This document shows positions 14,377-26,258 of a stretch of 64,000 nt of DNA, in pieces. Source of the stretch: Veleropilina oligotropha (Eukaryota); NCBI GenBank assembly GCA_048128005.1, contig JBEUKZ010000010.1, forward strand, positions 496,001 to 560,000. Reading direction: 5' to 3'. Position 1 is the stretch's first letter; each line of letters opens with the position of its first letter. Under the pieces are notes generated by a model. The model saw only the letters and a list, made by a program, of their open reading frames with translations. It was not told the origin of the DNA and made no database searches. The translations under genes were made by a program, and so were the position numbers.

Positions 14377-15013
14377 CAGGACAAGAAATTCCACAGAATT
14401 ATTTATATGTCTCGCCTATCGCCGCTTACTTTGAAAAGGGCCACATTTTCGGTTTGTAAAGTAAGAATTCAGAAGTACTACCTATGCAGTGCTGATCCTA
14501 ATATATATATTATATAGTTATTGTATGACTTAAAGTTTCACAGAAAACAGATAAGGCAGACAAAATCTTATTATAATATGCTCGAGATTAAATATATTTA
14601 TCAGCCAAACCATGACAAAATAGTATCGGGGATATAATGACTTGAACCTTGACCAGTTGAGGAGGGTGATATTAGACACTGCCGTGAGTGGATACAGTCT
14701 GTTCTTGTAATGACAATATGAGGTTTTAAGGTAAACCTAATATTAGTTAAAACATACTTACGTCCTTACTCTTGCCATAATAGTCATATTATCGCTAACC
14801 GGAAACAGTGAATAAAGTCACATTTATGCACTAATTAAGTCAAAATATACCACGATCACCTCCCCTGCTTCCCCTCTCTAAGTTCCTCCAGCGAGATCTC
14901 GCCAAGTCTCGCGAGACATCCGGGCTATCAAGTCACCAGACATCAATTCAAAGTTCAGAACCCCAAAGGAACTTAGCAGAGGGGAGGAATGCGAAGCAGG
15001 GTGGGTAATCGTG

Positions 15014-15103
15014 GTAAGGACGTAAGTATGTTTTAACTAATATTAGGTTTACCTTAAAACCTCATATGTAGTTACAAACTTACTTACGTCCTTACTCTTG
15101 CCA
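15014..15103. promoter_or_regulatory. DIRS A internal complementary region (ICR)
   Basis: Reverse complement of the left terminus joined through ATAT to the reverse complement of the right terminus. Confidence 0.93.
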
Positions 15104-15166
15104 GAATAACCTTGGATAGGTGGGTAAGAAGTTCCTTACAGCAAACCCAAACAAGATAATGACTTA

Positions 15167-16970
15167 CCGTATTTGCTCGTGTATAAGTCGACTATTTTTT
15201 CACATTTTCGAAGTCCCGAAGTTGGGGGGTCGTCTTATACACGCAACATATCATGATTTTAGTCGAATGCTGGTGAAATATATCAAAGTTAGACTGTAAT
15301 ACGTTAGTTTATCATAACTTATGTCCGCTACGTTCACTTTGTTTGATAAATTGCGACATTATAAACCTCAAAACGCGAAAATTTTATTGAACAAATATTT
15401 TTTTATATTTACGTTATAACTTTAGACAGAAAAGTTTATCCTACCAGAATGTCTTCACTAAAACATAATAATAAGCAATTAATGTTTACCGGTAATTAGA
15501 ATTCATCGGAGCATTGAATTGGTCCGCGTGTGTAACAATGAAACATGGCATGATGGCACGAGACATTGTTTTGTGTAGCCTAGATGTGATGTTAATGCTT
15601 TGTTTGAGGATGCATTGTTGTTTGTTTTATTTCATTAACAACTTGGACACTTCAGTAATTCCCCACACATTGCATGAAATAAGAATCCCAATTAATTAAA
15701 TACCTTGTGTGTTCTTTATTCAACTCTCGACAGCAACACATAATAGCGCATTAATAGACCCGATTGTAGCACCACAACTCAAAGTTTGCGCGTCCGCCAT
15801 TTAATAACTTCCCGTGATGTCCACAAATTTAATAAAAGTAGTGCCGTGTTTATTTTTAATTTTCTGAAATTTGTTGCATAAAATGAAAAATTCGAATTTG
15901 TAAATGCCTGCTTAAATTTAATTCGTTATTTTGGTGTGTAGGAAGTTAGACAGGTGCGGTGTCATAGGTCACACGCAGGAAGTGCGTTGAATCCAATCTT
16001 TCACTATGCCCAAGTTCGGAACTGCCCAGTCCTATCTCAATCTGCCCAAAATGCAGCACACCTCCATTAGTCAAATAATAGCCCTAAATATATGTCTATG
16101 GTCAAACACAGTAGCAGAACTTTTAAACGCTTGTGCGCAAAAATTTCCGAGTTGCAAACGTTTATATTTAAACACGAAAGCGAGGCTTCTTGCCGAAGTT
16201 ATAATGCACCGTCGCAAGATGGGCATGGTCGAAGTTAACATGGGCAGTGCCCAAGTTAACATAGGCAGTGCCCAAATTAAAGTTTGGCTGCAATAGCGCC
16301 CTCTATATTGGCCTATTATAATCGAAAGTAACTTTCGATTGGCTTTTGTTGCGCTGGATGCAGGACTGGAGAAATAAATTATACTAGGAATTGAAACAAT
16401 TGACAGTTATTAATGCGACAATGAATGAAATCACCAGGCTTTAAAGAAAGTGGAACAATTAACAAGTCCCTCAATAGCCGTTTGAAAATGAGCAGCGATG
16501 CGTTACATCAGCAAAGCGCTAATTGGTCTCGTGTCGTTTGTCGGGGAATTTACAGAAAGGAAAATAAATTTGCCAACAAGTACATGTACGTAGATTTATA
16601 TGAGATAATATATAAATAAACATATATCGGATACATTTTTATTATAAACGTACATTTGTATAGTGTTTATTAAGCAATGCATATCGATTCAATGAACTCC
16701 GACGGTACTGTTAATTTATTGCGTTGCATCGCATCGTCTATGGAATTATACAACTTTCCTATAACGCGGTCGGATACAACGGTCCCGATATAATGTTGAA
16801 TATGACACCAATTTATTGTCAACATATGGTTTTGAAATTTCATTGACCGATTGAAATCAGAAAGTCGGGGGTCGACTAATACGCGCAACATGCAAAAAGT
16901 TGTAGCTTCAAACAGGAAAGTTGGGGGGTCGACCTATACGTGAAGTCGACTTGTACACGAGCAAATACGG
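15167..16970. mobile_element. Tc1/mariner-superfamily non-autonomous element nested in DIRS A
   Basis: TA TSD at 15165-15166 and 16971-16972; TIR CCGTATTTGCTCGTGTATAAGTCGAC / GTCGACTTGTACACGAGCAAATACGG; no transposase ORF. Confidence 0.88.
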
Positions 16971-17749
16971 TACTTTTCACCATGTCAATCAGCTCGAAGC
17001 GTCGATTGTGTCCGCCCAGAGTGGAATTTTCTGAGAATTATATTCAACTCTTACCAAGCGAGAATTTCGACCAGTGTTACCGGGAGAATACGCCGTGGTG
17101 TTAGACGGACGAGGTGAACGGAAGTGCAATCAGCCCCAGGCACGGCCGGAAGGATGAATCCCTGTAGGTCTTACGTGTCATGGACCAGTGGCAGCCAAAT
17201 GGTACTCCTGGCCAAAGGCCGGTAGCCAGAGGATGCAGTCGGATTTGTAAGCACACGGAACCTAATAGGTTGTGAAAGCGTGAAATCAAAGCAAAGAATT
17301 AATAGATTAAATAAATAATCGATATTAATAATTGATTCGTATGACCAACTTGCGAAACGCTAACATGTACGACATGTCACTTAAAATAAATTTTTTAAGG
17401 AAGCAAATATGTACGACATGTTACTTAAAATAAAATTTAAGGAAGCAAATATTAAATTTTTTCCAATGTCTTGAACATCGTATGTTCTATACAGCATAGA
17501 ACATCAATAATATTGAACCTCAAATCAAATAAGATTTTCGCAATATGATTGTTTATTAATTCAATGTAATCTGGCTTGTCAATATACTCAGGTATGACAT
17601 GAAAGTATCAAGATCTTAAAATGTTTTTAAGAAATGAACAGACATTGAATCGCCTCATAATGTGTCTATTTCATAGAACAATGAGGCCAACAAATAACAA
17701 TGCGTCAGCATGAATTATGTAAATTGATCAATCAACAAATAATACTCAC

Positions 17750-18790
17750 TGATTAGACGACCTCGGTCTAACAATACATCGTTGAGCAGTTACTAGGGAG
17801 ACTGCACAATCCATTAGCCGCATGGAATAATCCCCAGAAAAGGCTTAATAAAGACATTTTCGAGAGGCAACGCTGAGAAGTGAATCTGCGAAAACACGGA
17901 CCTCGTGTGCGCGGAACGATACAATAGTGCGTGCGGCCTACTTTTCACAGCGAGAGAAGTCTCTCACTATCTGTGAAAACCTCCGCGAACAGTCGTCTAT
18001 GAAATGTCGCGGATACAAGAAGGTAAATACGAATAAAATATACGTAGTTTTCTCTGCCGCGCAGCACGGATCCTGTCGAGGTAGTAACGTAGGCACGCCT
18101 ATGACAGATTCATCGGTCCACATCGGGTCTCTTACCAGCGCTAGGGGATAACGATATCGGTTGCGTCGTCGATCGGCCGTTGATTCTTGGCGAGGAAACC
18201 CAAGATATGACGCCGCATCACCGACCCGTCGACTGGAAACGAACGTCTCGTAGCTCTGCCTAGACTATGAAATACGGAACAACGCCTGCCCGACGCTAAG
18301 GCGATCAGAAAAACCTGTTTGTGCGTTAAGTTCCTCATAGAGGACGGGCCCATAGGCTAGTCGGGTAGAAAGAGAGCGTTACCGGTAAGAATGAGAGCGA
18401 TGTTTCAGGCTGGCCGAATCGTACGGGTCGAAATTTGAGTTCGAAGGATCGCAGAAATCCAAATAGTTCGGTCGCTAGGTAGGCTACCACGGGCACGGCA
18501 CTCGCGACCGTTGCCCGATAGCTTTGACGGCGGACACTGACATACCGCGTTCAAAGAGCGACGATAAAAACTCAATAAACTTGTTCACAGGGGGCGGAGT
18601 ATATTGACCTGCCGACTGTGACACCAATCCACGTACTTAACCCATCGGTAGTCATAAACTTTAGTCGTGGAAGCCTTCTCGATCGAAAGATGCGTAGGGC
18701 TGTTGCGAGAAAATCCTTTCTTAGCAAGGGATCGTTCGATAACCGTCAGGCGTGTAAACGTAAGTCGTACGGCGATGTTGTAATACACGG
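17750..18790 (-). pseudogene. DIRS A tyrosine recombinase remnant
   Basis: Fragments LTHKQVFLIALASGRRCS and KVYDYRWVKYVDWC match the YR of elements B and C; many frameshifts. Confidence 0.88.
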
Positions 18791-20430
18791 CTGCGCGCCT
18801 GCATTAAGTAACCGGCCCGGTCTCTGCGGGAGCGATAACGGTCGGTCGACGATCAGATCGAGGAGGGTCGGAAACCAAGGTTGCGTGCGATATAGGGGCG
18901 CGATTAGCGTTATCTGCAACGTTCGTTCGATGCCTTCTGTAATACCAGTGTTAGAATGCACGACGGGGGGAAGGCATACGCGGACAGATTCTCCCATGTC
19001 ATTGACAGTGCGGCAACCGCTAGGGCGGCCGGGTCCGGGTACGGGGAGACATACAGAGGTAGTCGGTAATTAAATTCTGTTGCAAACAGATCGACTCGGG
19101 GTTGTGACCACCGGCGACAAACGTCCCGAGCTACTCGGCTGTGTAGCTCCACTCTGTGTGTATTATCTGTGATTTCCGAGAGAGCGAATCCGCTCTGACA
19201 TTCAGCTTTCCCGGGATGTGTCGGGCTCGAATCGTCGAGTTGAGGGACATCACTAGGCGGTGTAGGTCTATTGCTCGGTCGCAAAGGGGACGCGAGCGAG
19301 AGCCGCCCTGGTGCTGGATGTAAGCGACGACAGTCGTGTTGTCCGTGGCGAGCATTATGTGCTTGTTGCGGAGATGTGACGAGAGGGACCGTACTGACAG
19401 GTAGACGGCTGCTAACTCTAGGAAGTTGATGTGTCGTCCCTGAAGGTCCGTCGGCCATAGGCCTGATGTCTCGTAACTGTCGAGGTGACCACCCCAGCCG
19501 TCGTTCGAAGCGTCTGTGAACAGGTAAGCGTTCGGCTCTGGCGGGGAGATAGGAACCGACTGGTCCGGCAAAGCAGGGTTCAACCACACTGCTGTTGTGC
19601 TGGTAAACCAATGCCGTAGATCGATGCGATCCGTCCACTGCCCCGTCCGTTGTATCCAGCGATCCCTGAACGCCTGCTGCAACGGTCGTTTGTCCATGTG
19701 ACCCGTCGGTAGCAGGGTCGCTACCGACTCGATGTGCCGGACCGTATCGAAGACGACGCCGAGGAACGTAAACGTCGTCGAGGGCACGAAGCAGGATTTT
19801 GTCTCGTTGATCTGAAATCCCAGGCGCTTCGTCGATGACAGGGTAAAGCTCGTAGACCGGAGGCACAGATCCCGGGACGCCCCGAGGATCAGCCAGTCGT
19901 CGAGGTACATATGTACCCTGTGCCCTAGAGAGTGTAGGAAGGCCCCTAGGGCCTGTACTGTTCTCGTGAAGACGTAAGGGGCTGACGATAGACCGAACGG
20001 TAGGCACCTGAATGGTAGATCGTCTCCCCGTGTATAAACCGAAGGTACTGATGAGCCGTGACATGCATCGGGACATGCAGATACGCGTCGGTCAGATCGA
20101 TAGACGCTGCCCAGGCGCCCGGACGGATGGCCGCTCGAATCTTCGAGAGGGTTTCGTGCTGGAATTTCTCGGTACGAAGATATCGGTTGAGATATGAGAG
20201 ATCGAGGATCGGTCTCCAGCGGCCATCGGGTTTCGGGACCAGGAAGAAATGGCTGTAAATCCTGGTGTGCTGGGCGGCGCGGGATATATCGCTCTTTTTA
20301 GGAGCAAATCCCGCACTGCCTGGTCTAAGACCGCTTGTTTCTCTCCGTTTAGGAGGCGAGCGTGTCTTGTGGTGGTGCCTCGTTTAGGGTCGGATGCCGG
20401 TTGAACCAACTTGTATCCGGCACTCACGAC
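18746..20430 (-). pseudogene. DIRS A RT/RNase H/methyltransferase remnant
   Basis: YLDDWL, LFTDAS, TDNTT and VDLFA...AYAFPP motifs are split over several frames, with an internal deletion near 19740 relative to B and C. Confidence 0.92.
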
Positions 20431-22750
20431 GGAGGGACCCAGCTACTGTCTGGTAGTCTAGCCACGGCTGGCTGTACGCTAACAGATACGCTTCCACCGG
20501 CGGAAGCGGGCAGCTGGGACTGTCGTGTGTGCCGGCAGCCCTAGGGCCGAGGCTTCCCTCTCCCGCTCTGACGGGAGCTTGTTGGAGGTGCTTGCCTCCT
20601 CGGAGTGGGTTAATGGCCGGGGGCCTACCACCCGAAGAGGGCTTTGCACGCTTGGAAGGCTTCGGGGTCCGGGTGGGCCCTGAGCGCTTCCTCGAGTCGG
20701 CAGGTGGACCCCGGGTAGGGTGCAGTACCGCCTTCTCGATGGCACGGTCCTTCATGTCCGCCGCTCTCTTGTCGACGAACTCCGTAAAGTTGTCGCCAAA
20801 AAGAGTGGTGGCCGAGCAAGGCACGCATCGCAACGAGCGCCGGGTGGCCTCATCTAGCGAGGTGCCTTCAAGGTAAGCGACCCTACGAAGTAGGAGTGCG
20901 TTACCCAGGACACGTCCCGTCTCCAACGCGTTGGTCTCCATAACGGCAGCAACCTCCTGGAGGAAGGACAGGGCAGCCCACGGGCGCCGGGTCCATCCTC
21001 CTGTAATACGGCTATCGCCCCGTCTAGGAAAAATCCTGAACGGACGACAGCCGCAGAGCCCATCGGGCGGAGCTCTCGAAAGCTTCCAAGGCGAACCCAG
21101 GAACTCTCGCTACAGAGGGAGTGTGACTGGCGGGCAGTCAACGCAACGCTGCGTCAACACGAGCCGGCTCAGTCGCCAGGCACGGACCAGTACATGCGAA
21201 CGGGATCGAACGCGAACTGGCCCGGAGGTACCTCCCACTACGGAACCCCGAAGGGTACTCGGTCAGTGGGGAGGACTCCACCGGATTGCGCCCCCGACTG
21301 AGCTTGGTTGTCGAGTCAACACCCGATCAACCAGCCCAGACTGAGGTAAGGAAGGAAGCAAGGGGGCTTCCTTCTCAACAAACCGATGCGCCGCCGTCCT
21401 GTGCTTGACCGGGCCTACATACGACCGAGTCGGTTCCGGCAGGTCAAGCACCCCGCGAAGTGACGCAACAGCGTCGAGTTCGGCGGGTGGTGGAGGTCGG
21501 CTCCTGCGTGCCTGGAAGACGACCAGCGTCTTCGGGCCCGACCGATACAGGGAGGTCGGAGTGAGTGGAGTCGAGGTCCTCGTCGGAACGAGGTTCGATC
21601 CCCACCACGGAGGCAGGAGCCGTGCTCTGCGCCACAGGCAGAGGTGTAGGTACCTGGAGCGGCTAGGAAGCCGGTTGCCAGGCCCGACATCGGGACTCGA
21701 ACTCCGCCGCGAACATAGCCTGGACGTTCTCTAAAGAGAAACCCGGAGGCATGACGGGCGTCGAACTAACAGCCGGTAGTTCGGTCGAAGTCACCGTGGC
21801 GCTAGGTAGACGGGTTGCATGGACAGGTGTAGCCGAGAACCCTATTTTAGGGTCTCGGGACACGTGTCGAGTGGTCGAACCCGAAAGAACGGCCCGGAGG
21901 CGCGTTCGGTGGGCCGGACGACCGGTAGGACTGCGGCAACAGTCCGTATCGGTCTACCACTCTGTTCGCGAGAGGCACGGTCGGAAAACCGCCGTAGAAC
22001 CCCGTCCCGAACGCAGCCGGTCTGTCCACGTTCTCTAGCGTGACCATCGTGGGTGCACGGGAGAGAACGGGCCCTCTGAAAAGCTCGTGAGCATCGAGGT
22101 TGAGCGGAAAACCCTTAGGGGTAGTCGCGTCGGTCTCGAACGAGGATTCAGGTGTCGCCGATTGTCCGAGTCTTAGACCTACAAGTAGGTGCCCGGCCTC
22201 TTTAAAGGCTTTCTCTGCATTGAGTCTGTCCCCGTCGCTAGACGGAGAGTTTCTCGCAGAAGGACTAACTGTCCCCTATTCTTCGAGGCCGAAGAAAAGG
22301 ATGGGGAATGTCTGCCCTGTTCAGCGGTTCGCTGCGTTGCCAGATATACCTTGCTAGCCGGCAAGGTATGGTTGGCTGCAGTTACTAGGCCCGTTTTAGG
22401 AGGATCGAACAGCACTCGGGCTCCTACCTGAATCTGGGGTCCCGGCAAGGTTACGGCGACTCCCCCATGAGTCGCGGAGGTTACGCCGGTAGATCCGGCG
22501 ACAGACGGCCCTTAAGGTCTACTGTCGTCCAGCGTCCCTGAAGTAGACAAAAAAACGTTAATTCCCTTTAACCTACCATTTTGTCCCTTCTCGGGGGAGA
22601 ACCCACCGTGGTAACCGCACTGGACGGCGTCATCGGTGGATATACGATCGCCCACTGCCTGCTGTTAAATCTAGGCACAGTTCACATATATATATATATA
22701 TATACGGTGAACACGGCATTCCGTGCGCCTAGAAATCCGTGAAACTTCGG
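20384..22750 (-). pseudogene. DIRS A gag remnant
   Basis: Fragments MPPGFSLENVQAM, KHRTAAHRFVE and DRAIEKAVL match gag of B and C. Confidence 0.85.
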
Positions 22751-25700
22751 GTTACACCCGGAGTTGCACCGGGCCATACTTCCCTCTCCCTGAATACACG
22801 GGAGGGTAGTAGTGGGTGGAACGGGGTAGTTAAAAGTATATATTTGGTAGTTGTGACTATTTACTACGACAACTCTTAAAAATTGCCCTGATCTGAAGAT
22901 CAAAGATCAGACGATATACCGCAAAAAAACCCGAGCTGGGAACACCGAGGCCGGGTATTTACCCGACACGACCCGGTAAAAAACCAGGTAAATTGACTAG
23001 AACAAACGGGGGTTCTCTCTTAGAAAAAACCGCCCAGAAAAACACCTGAAAACCTCGTGGATGTTTTTATGTTAGTACAATTGTGTATTATCCCAGAAAC
23101 GGCAGGATAACAAAAAAACGCAAGCGTGATATCTAAACGATCCTGCCTATTAACGACGCTAGAATTTTTATACAATAATAACCAGCAATAGCGTCGTTAA
23201 GGAATTATCCAATATAATGAGTTACCTGTTTGCAGTCTCAAACAATATCAGATAAAAATACCGACCAGAAATTTCTTCTTATTACACGAAACTTCCCCTC
23301 TGAGCGGCCATGCTTTTCCTGCAACAGCGGCGATGTCGGTTTCACTTGATTTTCAGAACTTCTCGAAGTTTTAGAATCACAATCTTCCTATATTCACTTG
23401 TGTTTTAGATATCCACAACACAGGGTATATTCCACAACTTATATATTAATATATAAGAATTATAGCGTCCTCGATTTAACGTATAAACCAGTGGACATTT
23501 CGAAATATTTGCGGAGCAAAAAACACGTCTTTCCGTCTCGGCGGAAAACTTTGAATTGATGTCTGGTGACTTGATAGCCCGGATGTCTCGCGAGACTTGG
23601 CGAGATCTCGCTGGAGGAACTTAGAGAGGGGAAGCAGGGGAGGTGATCGTGGTATATTTTGACTTAATTAGTGCATAAATGTGACTTTATTCACTGTTTC
23701 CGGTTAGCGATAATATGACTATTATGGCAAGAGTAAGGACGTAAGTAAGTTTGTAACTACATATATACTGCCATCTCAAGATACCCATGGAATAAACCAA
23801 TGGGGGAGCCAGTTTTCAAAATCCATCTGATTTTGATAATCCCAGCTTCTCAGAGTGAACATTTTTTTTGGGGGGGGGGGGGGTGAGCATGAGGGGTCCC
23901 CTGATGAAGGAGGGGGGGGGGAAATCGGAAGGTCTAAGTTTACTTGATTTACAACACATATCTTTTGAGAAACAGAGCTAAATGCAAAAAATTAACGTAA
24001 AAACTTAACACAGATTACTATGCTGACAAAGTCACGGTACATAAAATCTAGGTTATATATCAAGCATCCGAAGCATTCATTAAATAACAGTGCCTATGAA
24101 GCATCTATGGTCCAAGTTATGTTGATCTAGAACTTATACTTTGTGGGAAACAGAGCTAAACGCAAAAACTTAACACAGATTACTACGATGACAAAGTCAC
24201 AGTACATATGATAAAATCTAGGTTATATATCAAGCATCCGAAGCATTCAGTAAACAACAGTACCCATGAAGCATCGATGGTCCAAGTTATGTTGATCTAG
24301 AACATATACTTTTTGAGAAACAAAGCTAAATTATGCAAAACTTTAATAAGACAAAAACCAGTAAACGGAATATATTACGATCAATATAACTGTCAGTAAC
24401 AAATTAATTCATAAAGAAAACAAACCATGTAACAGAATTTCAATTGGATTATAAACTTAAATCAACATACAAATCACACTTTGTGCCATCACCTTCTATT
24501 TTGTGTGCAGAAAATACTGGAATATATTGCTATTTGAAAATACATCAAGCCAGTTTAAAATACACTAGGGGAGATAATCGGTAAATCCCACCCGTCTCAT
24601 TACACAGAGAGAGAGATTACAGTTATGTGTGTTAGATATATTAAAACTTACAAAGTATGCTTAAAAGTATCATATGTATGCATTTGCAAATGCTTTAATA
24701 CTCACATTTTCTGATTATTTCTTCAGATATAATCACTTTTACAAGAATTAGTCTTCATGCAAGATCCAAGAGAAATATACTTTATTTCCTTAATCCCGTA
24801 CTTGAATGGTAATATTAATATAATCATCTAGTCTACAGAGTTCTAAATATTCAACATTGAATGCATCGGATTATTAAGTTCCTAAGCAAGACTGACAGTT
24901 CGGCTCTAATGTTATTAGAGCGCCAGTAATTCCATAAAATAAAGTGAAAATGTAATCAATTTGCGACAGGCGACCAACCATCGATGCTTCCGATAAGGGG
25001 AATGTAACGTAATTTACTACGTACGAGCGAAGCATTATATCATGCCGAAGCACACACGAGTTAATGTCGGTAAAAGCATTGGCGTATTTTTGGCATAGAA
25101 AGTAGTAACATTATCGAGTGAAGCAGAAATGAGTCGTCGTAAAACACCCAAACCCCTTGTCTGCCATATTGCCCAATCGATATCCTGTCTTTATTGGCAG
25201 TTTAATTTCTCGGTGTCTGCAGGAGTGTGGTGATTGTCGTGGAATCTATCACTACGATCGCGTTATTGTACCCTTCAGATCAGCGCATGGTGAGGTGTTG
25301 TCACTCTTCTCTGACAACGAACACCTCAAGTGTGGGTCCTCCAGGAACAAATTGCAAACTAATCACGGCAATCAACAGTCAGAGAGACACCTCCGGTAAT
25401 CAGTCTCGTTATTTCACAGGATATTTAATTAATAGAATACTTTTAATGTTAGAAATATATTCATCGATGGTCTGGTGCGTAGTAAAACCATTATATATAT
25501 ATATATTTAGGTATGTGATAATGTCCCATTTTAACACAATATATGGGCCTTCATATTCGGGCCTCATATTCGCATCAGGACATCCGTATTATCATGGAGC
25601 ATATAGCACGGTCGCCAGGGTATGATAAAGTAAATTTTACTAAAATTCCACTTATACAATTTATTCATGCAAAACCTCACAAAACAATCAAGTGTACAAA

Positions 25701-26258
25701 GAAAATATTTATTTAAATAAAAATTTGGGATGCTATAAAGTTAAAAAATTTCCCAATCCCAAAGGTCATTTACCAGGTATCCATTTGTCTGACACAAATC
25801 AATATTAATAGACATAATATAATGAATTATGTGACAAATACTGTGCAACTAATGTCTTATGAATCAATATACTGAAGTACATAATAGCGTTTATCGATGG
25901 TTGCCTGCTCCAAGTTGAATAGCAGTGAAGGCTTCTGGAGTGGTGTGTTCTTGCTTTACTGTGACTCATCCACTATCTGGCAATATGTTTCCCACCTTCA
26001 TCTCGGCTTGACCCTAACAGCTGAGTCAACAGGCTCATCCAGCAGGATTATATAAAGCATGCTGTGTGCTGTATTCTGACGAGTAAGAGAGTCATTTAGC
26101 ATAATCCACTTAAGTAGCATTGGTAGGTTATGGCCTTGGGCCATTTGTTTGGTAACAACAGACAACCTTTATGATCACTCAGGCGTATGACTTTATTATA
26201 AATATAAAATGAGGGATTTATCATTACTTGTACCTGGTAATTGATCATACTGAATATA

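Larger units (their letters stand above)
14716..23764 (-). mobile_element. DIRS1-type retrotransposon A (decayed ORFs, intact termini)
   Basis: ITRs at 14756-14955 and 23547-23746; ICR at 15014-15103 complementary to both termini; remnants of RT (YLDDWL), RNase H (FTDAS), MTase and YR. Confidence 0.95.
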
